Positions 10,730-19,016 of a DNA stretch of 64,000 bases are shown in pieces; the first letter of the stretch is position 1, and each line of letters opens with the position of its first letter. Both the position numbers and the translations under genes were made by a program. The notes beneath the pieces were generated by a model. The model saw nothing but the letters and a program-made list of their open reading frames with translations, ran no database searches and had not been told where the DNA came from. Origin of the DNA: an uncultured Veillonellaceae bacterium (lineage in GTDB: Bacteria; Bacillota; Negativicutes; JARBTT01); contig CAWDTA010000002.1 of the NCBI GenBank assembly GCA_963805085.1, positions 1,664,001 through 1,728,000 on the forward strand. Reading direction: 5' to 3'.

Positions 10730-13074
10730 ATGACATTAAAGGTAAGTATTGATACGAATTCAGAAAGAGCAGCAATCAGTCCTTATATCTATGGATCAAA
10801 TTTTGATTTTGAAAGTAATGAAGGTACAATTCCAGCTGTGGCTACAGCAAGTCGATTAGGTGGTAATCGCTTTACAGGGTACAATTGGGAAAACAATGCA
10901 TCCAATGCAGGAAGTGATTGGAAACACAGCAGTGATAATTATTTAACGACGAATCTTTCAACAGATAAGCAAAATATACCGGGGGTTGTAGTTACGAATT
11001 TTCAGGAAGAATGTTTAACAAATGGAACTTCATATTCACTTGTTACCTTACAAATGGCGGGGTATGCTGCTAAAGACAAAAACGGCACAGTTTCTGAAGC
11101 TGAATCAGCCCCTTCTGCAAGATGGGCGGAGGTCAAACCCAAAAAAGAGAGTACATTTTCAGATAATCCGGATGTAGATGATGACTATGTGTATATGGAT
11201 GAATTTGTTAATTTTTTGGTAGAAAAATATAAAGATGCATCGACAACAACAGGTATTAAAGGATATTCTTTAGATAACGAGCCGGGACTCTGGTCAAGCA
11301 CTCATCCAAGAATACATGCCAATAAGACTCAATGTACGGAGCTGATATCTAAAAGCATTGAGTTATCAAAAGCAGTAAAAGATGTAGATTCATATGCAGA
11401 AATATTTGGACCTGCTTTGTATGGAATGGGAGCTTACCAAAGCTTACAAAGTGCACCGGATTGGGACAGTGTAAAAGGCAGTTATAGCTGGTTTGTAGAT
11501 TATTATTTGGCTCAAATGAAAACAGCATCAAATAATGATGGTAGAAGGCTACTGGATGTATTGGATTTTCACTATTACCCCGAAGCTAAAGGGAGCGGGA
11601 TAAGAATAACGGAACAAACTGATTATACCAATACTGATTGTAATAAAGCCCGTATTCAGGCGCCAAGAACCTTGTGGGATTCAACCTATACAGAGGACAG
11701 TTGGATTGGTCAGTATTGTAAAAGCTATCTTCCACTGCTCCCAAAAATGCAGCAATCAATAAATGATTTCTATCCAGAAACAAAGATTGGCGTTACTGAA
11801 TATAACTTTGGAGGAAATGGTCACATTTCAGGTGGGATTGCTCAAGCGGATTTCTTTGGTATACTTGGTAAAGAAGGAGTTTATTTGGCAGCATTCTGGC
11901 CGTTTAGTGGCAAGAATGATTATGTACAAGCAGCTTTTAATTTATATAGAGACTATGATGGTAATAAATCAACTTATGGCGATATAAAAGTAAAAACAGA
12001 TACATCTGATAGTGAAAATTCATCTGTTTATGCTTCGGTATTTAACAACGATGATTCAAAATTGAACATAATTATGATTAATAAAAATTATGATCAGTCA
12101 ATGACAGTAAGCTTTAATGTGAATGGAAATAAAAATTATACCTCTGGGAGAGTATGGGGGTTTGACAAAGATAGTGCAAACATAACAGAAAGAACAGCGA
12201 TAACCAATATAAATGGCAACCAATTTTTATATGAGATACCTGCGCTAACTGTTTGTCATATTGTATTAACAGATGTATCAACAGTATCGGCAGAGGTTAC
12301 AGCGCCGTCAGAAGGACAATCCTTCGAATATCCTTCTAAGGCAAGCCCGCAATTTCTGCGGATGCTTCGACCACAAGCGGTACAATCAGCAAGGTGACAT
12401 TCTATGCCAACGGTACTAAGATTGGCGAATCGACTGCCTCTCCGTACAGTATAACTTGGTATCCGACAGGATATGCGCAGAGTGCGACTGGAATCGACTC
12501 GTATGCAATTACGGCAAGTGCTACAGACAGTAATAGTACAAGCGCTATCTCTGCTCCTGTAAATATTAAAATCAAACTGCCGATACGACCTGAACCTGTC
12601 GGAAATTTGACACTAGAGGCCTACAATGGCAGTACAGCAGCAACAACCAATAGCATAAGTCCTAAAATCAAAATTACGAATTCCGGTGAGAACGAGGTAA
12701 ATCTGAGTACAGTAACAGTAAGATATTATTACACGATTGATACTGAAAAGGGTCAAAGCTTCTGGTGTGATAGTGCAGCGATAACATCGGGGACTTACCG
12801 AAATATAACGAGCAATGTAACTGGTAACTTTGTAAAAATGAGCACGGCAAAATCCGGTGCAGATTATTATCTTCAAATTGGTTTCACGGCGGCAGCAGGC
12901 AGTCTTGCAGCAGGTGAGACTGCAGAACTACAGCTCCGGTTTGCCAAAAACGACTGGTCAGATTATACCCAGTCGGATGATTACTCATTCAATTCCAGTG
13001 CCTCAACGTATACCAATGCCAATAAGATAACTCTTTATAATTCAAGTCAATTAATTTGTGGGACAGAACCATAA
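10730..13074 (+). CDS. GH44 endoglucanase/xyloglucanase whose Ig-CBM3 tail is out of frame after a 4-bp deletion (ORFs 10730-12397 and 12394-13074)
   Basis: GH44 motifs ISPYIYGSN, RLGGNRFTGYNWENNASNAGSDW, LDNEPGLW, TEYNFGG. At about 12349 the sequence reads CCG-CAATTT where the other two copies read CCG-ATAA-CAATTT. Confidence 0.9.
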
Positions 13075-13162
13075 ATTAATTGACTAGGTATGAATTGAAT
13101 AGTTTTCTAAAAGCTTTTAAAAATAATCATTACCATAGAATATTGGAAATTTTAAAAAAATG

Positions 13163-13207
13163 ATAGTGAAGGCATAAAATAGGGGTGCTATTTTATGCCT
13201 TCACTAT
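13163..13207. terminator. Stem-loop terminator closing the cellulase operon
   Basis: ATAGTGAAGGCATAAAATAG...CTATTTTATGCCTTCACTAT. Confidence 0.75.
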
Positions 13208-13289
13208 TGTATTTAAGACTTGAGAGGACTGTTTAATTAAATTATAATTGAGGTGATGACTTTGACAAGGCAGGATTTCAGAGAAATGA

Positions 13290-13484
13290 TCAATTGTTCG
13301 GCTTACTTTTTCTTTGACGGAAATAGCTAATAAGGGAATAATACAGAGGTGTCGTTAAGAATAAAATCCAGGCTGGATGCCAAGCATGATAAAGAAAGCA
13401 CAGACTGAGGTATAAAGCGGTAAACAGAACCGGATAGGGCAGTAACTTCCATTTTTTATATTGTAATAACTGTTGTCTTTCCAT
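13290..13484 (-). CDS. Small two-TM membrane protein
   Basis: PYPVLFTALYL...AWHPAWILFL..PLYY resembles a conserved Firmicutes membrane motif; it may be a fragment. Confidence 0.5.
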   Translation of the reverse strand: MERQQLLQYKKWKLLPYPVLFTALYLSLCFLYHAWHPAWILFLTTPLYYSLISYFRQRKSKPNN

Positions 13485-13537
13485 AAAATAGAGATAACTT
13501 CATAATACTAAAAAGATAGTCGAAATGAGGAATATAT

Positions 13538-14692
13538 ATGCGTATTGTGGTTGCACCAGATTCTTTTAAAGGTAGTGTCTCGGCGGTAGAAACGGCGAAT
13601 GCTATAGAAAGAGGAATTAAAACTGTATTTCCAGAGGCAGAGGTGATCAAGGTCCCAATAGGTGACGGTGGAGAAGGTACGGTAGAAGCGCTTGTCACAG
13701 CGACAAATGGCAAGCTAATTTACCAAAATGTAGTTGGGCCCCTCGGTAATACAGTAAAATCATTCTGGGGAATTTTGGGCGATGGTGAAACTGCAGTCAT
13801 TGAGATGGCAGCTGCTTCAGGCTTGCCACTCGTGCCAGAATACAAGAAAGATCCACGGCTTACCACAACGTATGGAACGGGCCAATTAATCAAAGCGGCT
13901 CTTGATAGGAGAATGAAAAAGATCATTGTTGGTATTGGTGGCAGCGCTACAAATGATGGTGGCTGCGGTATGATACAAGCGTTAGGAGGACGATTTTTGT
14001 CGGCTGACGGGAAAGAACTTTCCTGCGGCGGTGCAACATTGTCAAAATTAGCTTCGATTGATCTTACCGCTCTTGACTCGCGGCTTAATGATACAACGAT
14101 TGTTGTTGCATGTGATGTCGACAATCCTTTGTGTGGACCCAAAGGAGCATCCACTGTTTATGGGCCGCAAAAAGGAGCTACGCCAGAAATTGTCGCTGAA
14201 CTAGATCAAGCGCTTTTGCATTTTGCGAAGAAAGCGGAAGAAGCTATCGGAAAAGCAGTAGCAGAGAAGGCTGGTGCTGGCGCCGGTGGGGGAATTGGCG
14301 CGGGATTTTTATTCTTTACCAATGCGAAGCTGCGACCTGGTGTGGAAATCATTCTAGAGGCTACTAATTTTGCAGCTTTGGTAAGTTCCGCACAGTTAGT
14401 CATCACTGGTGAGGGACGAACTGATTTTCAAACTGCTTTCGGTAAAGCTCCGGTAGGGATAGCGAAAATTGCTCAGAAGTATCAGGTCCCAACAATCTGC
14501 TTGGCAGGTTGTTTAGGAAAAGGTCATGAAGATGTGTTAAAAGAAGGAATTGACGGGCTAATGAGCACAGTTCCTGGTCCCATGACGTTAGAAGAATGTG
14601 TTAAGAGCGGAGCAAAATTGATAGAGCTGGGGGCGGCACGACTTTGCCGAATTATTCAGGTTGGTATGAAAATAGGAGAAAAAAGCCACTAA
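13538..14692 (+). CDS. glxK: Glycerate kinase (GarK/GlxK family)
   Basis: APDSFKGS, DGGEGT, GIGGSATNDGG, CDVDNPLCG, TGEGRTD. Confidence 0.92.
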   Translation: MRIVVAPDSFKGSVSAVETANAIERGIKTVFPEAEVIKVPIGDGGEGTVEALVTATNGKLIYQNVVGPLGNTVKSFWGILGDGETAVIEMAAASGLPLVPEYKKDPRLTTTYGTGQLIKAALDRRMKKIIVGIGGSATNDGGCGMIQALGGRFLSADGKELSCGGATLSKLASIDLTALDSRLNDTTIVVACDVDNPLCGPKGASTVYGPQKGATPEIVAELDQALLHFAKKAEEAIGKAVAEKAGAGAGGGIGAGFLFFTNAKLRPGVEIILEATNFAALVSSAQLVITGEGRTDFQTAFGKAPVGIAKIAQKYQVPTICLAGCLGKGHEDVLKEGIDGLMSTVPGPMTLEECVKSGAKLIELGAARLCRIIQVGMKIGEKSH

Positions 14693-14700
14693 AGATCTTA

Positions 14701-14746
14701 AAAAGGCCTCAACTCTCGCAAAAAAAATGTGAGGTTGAGGCCTTTT
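14701..14746. terminator. Bidirectional terminator
   Basis: AAAAGGCCTCAAC...GTTGAGGCCTTTT between convergent genes. Confidence 0.8.
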
Positions 14747-14762
14747 GTATAGACACGTAAAA

Positions 14763-15203
14763 TTAAAGATTTTTTTTGATTTTACTGATTAATTCTTGGT
14801 ATGCTTCATCACTTAGGAGGACTTTTTCTTGCGGCATCATTTCAAAAGTACCGCCCCAAGTTGGGCCATTTATATATTTAGGAACAATATGATAATGTAA
14901 ATGCGTCATTTTATCAGCGTATGCCCCGTAATTAATTTTATTTGGTGAAAATGCTTTATCTAAAGCTCTAGCAGCTCTAGCTACATCTTTCATAAATAGA
15001 TTTCTTTCTTCGTCGGATAAATGGAAGAGTTCGCTTTTGTGTTCTTTATAAGCTACTACACATCTTCCTTTATAGGTCTGTTCTTTAAATAAATATAGAG
15101 TAGAAGCTTCCAATTCACAAATCTCAATCATAATGTCTGTAAGGTTCTCAGTTTTTGTACAGTAAAAACAATCGTCTTGGTAATTCATTGTCATTCGCTC
15201 CAT
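14763..15203 (-). CDS. HIT family protein
   Basis: CFYC and the HLHYHIVP histidine triad; the true start may be 15188. Confidence 0.9.
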   Translation of the reverse strand: MERMTMNYQDDCFYCTKTENLTDIMIEICELEASTLYLFKEQTYKGRCVVAYKEHKSELFHLSDEERNLFMKDVARAARALDKAFSPNKINYGAYADKMTHLHYHIVPKYINGPTWGGTFEMMPQEKVLLSDEAYQELISKIKKNL

Positions 15204-15457
15204 TCATATTATATAATTTTAAAAGCCTTTTTCTGATAGGTAAAAAATTCTACCATCATCTTCCTAGCTTTCAACAGCGCATAATGCGTCTCCTCTATTT
15301 TTGAGGAACTTTATTAAAATGTTTAATAAAGTTCCCGGGGATCTATTTTACTTTGCAATCAATCTCTGTCACCTTCTTATGAATGTGATACGATATTTTT
15401 ATATAAAATTTTACAAAGAAAGAGGTTTTCTGGTTTCTATATAGAAAGCTTATATGT

Positions 15458-15892
15458 TTGGCGTTTAAAAACAAGGAGGGATTACTTCTGATAGATAAAT
15501 TCAACTGTGACTGTGCTTCCCTTGAGAAATTTCGCTTAGCCAGAGAGGCTATTCGAGAAAACCTTAATAAAATTTGTCCTGAATATTCCATGCAATTATT
15601 TGTCGCTATTAATGAAGCAGTGAACAACGCCTTTTTCCATGGAATAAATGATCATAAAGGTACACAAGTAACGATTGATATCATTCGAAACAAACAAGAT
15701 TTGTGCATTGAAATAAAGCATAATGGGGAAGGTTTTACCCCAGAATACATCGACTGTACTGCTGCAAGCGAGGTATATAATGACAGCGGGCGTGGCATTG
15801 ACATCATTAGACATTATGTAGATTCTCTGGAATTTAGCGCTTGTGGTCGTGAGGTTACGATGCATAAAAATTTAAAAAATTCATCCATGTGA
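15458..15892 (+). CDS. RsbW/SpoIIAB-like anti-sigma factor (HATPase domain)
   Basis: EAVNNAFFHG N-box, HNGEGF, SGRGIDII; the start may lie slightly downstream of the AAGGAGG RBS. Confidence 0.85.
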   Translation: MAFKNKEGLLLIDKFNCDCASLEKFRLAREAIRENLNKICPEYSMQLFVAINEAVNNAFFHGINDHKGTQVTIDIIRNKQDLCIEIKHNGEGFTPEYIDCTAASEVYNDSGRGIDIIRHYVDSLEFSACGREVTMHKNLKNSSM

Positions 15893-15903
15893 GGCGGTAA
15901 TTT

Positions 15904-16206
15904 ATGAAAGTAAATATTACAGTTAGAGATAATAAAGTTGTAATCAAATTAGAAGGCAGTCTGTATGTCGAGGACGCTCTGTTACTCAGAACAAAAGCCT
16001 TGTCGTATTTTCAAGCAGGACACAATAATTTTTTAATCGATTTATCGCAGGTGGACTATATTGACAGTTCAGGACTAGGCGCTCTGGTTGCTCTGCAAAA
16101 ACGTGCCTTAGAGCATCACGGAGCACTTCAGTTACATGGCTTAACTGGTGTTGTACAAGAGTTATTTGAGCTTACCCGTTTGAATAAAATATTTGAAATC
16201 GTATGA
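15904..16206 (+). CDS. STAS anti-anti-sigma factor (RsbV/SpoIIAA-like)
   Basis: IDLSQVDYIDSSGLGALV with the phosphorylatable Ser; FELTRL. Confidence 0.92.
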   Translation: MKVNITVRDNKVVIKLEGSLYVEDALLLRTKALSYFQAGHNNFLIDLSQVDYIDSSGLGALVALQKRALEHHGALQLHGLTGVVQELFELTRLNKIFEIV

Positions 16207-16320
16207 TGCAGTTGGTGGCTCTTGTTGCAGAAGCACGGTACTATTGAAAGGCGCGATGCCTTTTTTTATTTCACTTAACAATACGAACAATACGAAAAAA
16301 CCCATTGGGAGATCTTAATA

Positions 16321-17382
16321 ATGAACGACTTGCCAGTAGAGAAACTCGTCACAAATATTACGCAATTTTTTCCTGATTACAGCTATTGGATTTTTGACAT
16401 GCTAAATGACCCTTTGTTATTACTTGATGAGTCTGGCATGATTTTATTCATGAATGAGAAAGCACGCAAATTTTACGGGCATTCTCTAGAAGAGGCCCAG
16501 CAATTACATATTGCTGAGTTAGATTTAAATATAACCGTTGCAGCCAAGTATCTGCATACAATTCGTCAGTCAGGTGATGAAGGCTATATTTTTCTATCGA
16601 CGCACAAAAAAAAGAATAATGAGCTTGTACCGATACAAATTCATGCCCGCGATATCAGAATACATAGCAAAAGCATCTTTGCTTTGGTAATAAAAGACAT
16701 TTCGCTAGAACGGCAGCTCAAACAAGAATTTGAGGTTGCCAGTCGCATTCAAAAAAATATGTTGCCAGCAAATTATAAAAGTCCACTCGTTGAGATTCGT
16801 TCTATTTATCGACCGTATAACTACGTAAGCGGAGATTTTTTTGATTTTCAATGGGAAAATAGCCAGATTTTAAATGGTTATCTTCTTGATATTATGGGAC
16901 ACGGACTAGCTACATCACTTATCATGTCGGCTCTCAGAGTGCTGCTGTCGCAAGCTTTTACGAAGCAGTTACCATTAAATGAGAAATTAGCTTGGTTTAA
17001 TCAACAGGCTATTCCTTTCTTGGCGGAAGATTCCTTTGCTGCACTTATTTGTTTTTCACTTGATTTTGACAAGCAAGAACTAACCTATAGTATGGCTGGC
17101 ATTAATCATTTTCTCGCAATTACGCAAGGTCAGACATGCGTGATCAAAAAGCCTGGCATCTTTGCTGGGTTAGACAAAAAAGCTGATTTTGAGTGTCACA
17201 CAATGCCTTTTGGCTCTGGTGATGTCTTTTATTTTATGACGGATGGGCTATTTGAGCTACTTCCTACGCCAGCCAAATTTTGCCCGAGCAGTTACGCTGA
17301 AAGTTATCGCTGGCTGTTCAGAGCAGCGCGTAGTCCTAATCGTCGTGATGATGTTTCTGCATTATGTTTACATATTAAATAA
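16321..17382 (+). CDS. PAS domain plus PP2C/SpoIIE phosphatase (RsbU/RsbP-like)
   Basis: N-terminal PAS; ASRIQKNMLP, VSGDFF, DIMGHG, MTDGL, RRDDVS. Confidence 0.9.
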   Translation: MNDLPVEKLVTNITQFFPDYSYWIFDMLNDPLLLLDESGMILFMNEKARKFYGHSLEEAQQLHIAELDLNITVAAKYLHTIRQSGDEGYIFLSTHKKKNNELVPIQIHARDIRIHSKSIFALVIKDISLERQLKQEFEVASRIQKNMLPANYKSPLVEIRSIYRPYNYVSGDFFDFQWENSQILNGYLLDIMGHGLATSLIMSALRVLLSQAFTKQLPLNEKLAWFNQQAIPFLAEDSFAALICFSLDFDKQELTYSMAGINHFLAITQGQTCVIKKPGIFAGLDKKADFECHTMPFGSGDVFYFMTDGLFELLPTPAKFCPSSYAESYRWLFRAARSPNRRDDVSALCLHIK

Positions 17383-17409
17383 GTCCTTTAAAGATTGGAA
17401 TGATGATAC

Positions 17410-18681
17410 ATGAAACTTACTTTACGAATGAAACTTTTAACCGGATTTTTTTCACTACTCGTGCTTACACTAGCTGGGCAAATGTACATGTTAGCCAACG
17501 CTAGACAAGGTTCGCAGACTGCGCTAAGTCAAATGATCGGTGAAAATATCATTTTACTTATCATTGAAATAGCAGTAGCTATCTTTATTGTTTTTCTTCT
17601 AGAACGTTCCATTCTCAAGTCGATTAATATATTGCGTCAAACAATGAAGATGGCTGGAGAAGGTGATCTCACCGTGCACAGCCAGATGCAGACGCATGAC
17701 GAATTCGGTGCGCTGGCAGATTCCTTTAATAGTATGATTGATAGTCAAGATCACATTGTTCGCCAAGTATCCGATGCCAGTGACCAACTATCTGCTGCCT
17801 CAGAGGAAATGTCAGCCTCGTCCCAAGAAGTAACGGCTTCTTTTGAAGAAATAGCTGCTAGTATGCAATCATTGACTGGTGAAACAGAAAAAGGCAATCA
17901 GGCAGTTCTAGAAGCATCGCAAGCTTTGGTGCAATTGTCGTCGCTTATTCAAATGGCGAAGCTTAAAGCTACTACGACATCGAAAGATTCAGTAGCTACC
18001 AAAGGTGCTGCAGAGCAAGGCCTTAGCAATGTCCAGGAAACCATCCAAACCATGACGAAGATTAAAAGTCAAACCCAAGTGACTTCAGATATGATTGCTG
18101 ATTTAAACAATTACTCACAGCAAATCAGTCAGATTATTGATACCATTACCTCTATTTCAAAGCAAACAAACTTGCTTGCCTTAAATGCGGCTATCGAAGC
18201 CGCCCGCGCCGGAGAACATGGCAAAGGTTTTTCCGTAGTAGCCGAAGAGGTGCGGAAGCTAGCCGAACAATCCAATCAAGGAACCCAAGAAATCACACAC
18301 TTAATTGAAAATGTATCGCAAAAAACAGCAGAGGTAGTTACTGCTATGGCTGAAAATAGCACGCAGGTAGAAGAGGGCGTAAACGCAGTAACGAAAACTG
18401 GTAGTGCGTTAGATGTCATTTTGCAGGCGGTGAAACATACCGCGAATGAAATTAATGAAATCACCAATATTGCTGCCGAAGAAGTAGCCAATTCTGATCA
18501 GATTGTGAAACTCATTGATAAACTCGCCAGCATCATCGAAGCTGTAGAACATCATACAGAACAAATTTCGGCTGCTACTCAGCAACAAGCAGCAGCTATG
18601 CAAAACGTTTCAAGCTGCGCTGAAGAAACAGCAGCCATGTCTAGTACGTTAAAAAATAGTGTCAGCCATTTCAAATTATAA
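17410..18681 (+). CDS. Methyl-accepting chemotaxis protein with a minimal external loop
   Basis: Two TMs, a HAMP domain and [35 protein letters not shown]. Confidence 0.93.
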   Translation: MKLTLRMKLLTGFFSLLVLTLAGQMYMLANARQGSQTALSQMIGENIILLIIEIAVAIFIVFLLERSILKSINILRQTMKMAGEGDLTVHSQMQTHDEFGALADSFNSMIDSQDHIVRQVSDASDQLSAASEEMSASSQEVTASFEEIAASMQSLTGETEKGNQAVLEASQALVQLSSLIQMAKLKATTTSKDSVATKGAAEQGLSNVQETIQTMTKIKSQTQVTSDMIADLNNYSQQISQIIDTITSISKQTNLLALNAAIEAARAGEHGKGFSVVAEEVRKLAEQSNQGTQEITHLIENVSQKTAEVVTAMAENSTQVEEGVNAVTKTGSALDVILQAVKHTANEINEITNIAAEEVANSDQIVKLIDKLASIIEAVEHHTEQISAATQQQAAAMQNVSSCAEETAAMSSTLKNSVSHFKL

Positions 18682-18769
18682 TTTAAGTAAGTTAAGACAA
18701 AACGGGGGATACAAACTTTATCTCTTATCCCTACAAATAATTTTTAGAATTAAATAAAACGACTAGTAT

Positions 18770-18833
18770 TAGAGCCACTAAGATTGTGTGTACTGTATTC
18801 TTGCTGACAGTAGACGCAATCTTTGTGGCTCTA
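18770..18833 (+). terminator. Long hairpin after the MCP gene
   Basis: TAGAGCCAC..AGATTG...CAATCT..GTGGCTCTA imperfect inverted repeat. Confidence 0.55.
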
Positions 18834-19016
18834 TTATTGAATGTGTGTAACTTAGATAATTGACATGTTCTGATAATAAATATCAAGTAATATTGTGAGT
18901 TGACAATTGCTTACAGTAAATGTACTATTTAGCTATATTCAGTTATTTTATACTATAAATTAAGAAGAAAGTACCGGTAGCCTTGAAAAACAAAATTTAT
19001 TGTGAAATAACGAGGA

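Larger units (their letters stand above)
7600..13074 (+). repeat. Three near-identical ~795-bp Ig-CBM3 coding repeats (about 7600-8396, 9871-10667, 12281-13074)
   Basis: Long identical DNA stretches such as GAAGGACAATCCTTCGAATATCCTTCTAAGGCAAGCCCG and GATACTGAAAAGGGTCAAAGCTTCTGGTGTGAT occur in all three cellulase genes. Confidence 0.95.

Noticed and set aside
7600-13074. Cellulosome or scaffoldin interpretation of the repeats
   Set aside because: No dockerin Ca-binding repeats or cohesins; the repeats are Ig-CBM3 tails of free enzymes.
16240-16272. Riboswitch between the STAS and PP2C genes
   Set aside because: Only a short AAAGGC...GCCTTTTTTT terminator-like hairpin; no aptamer motif recognised.
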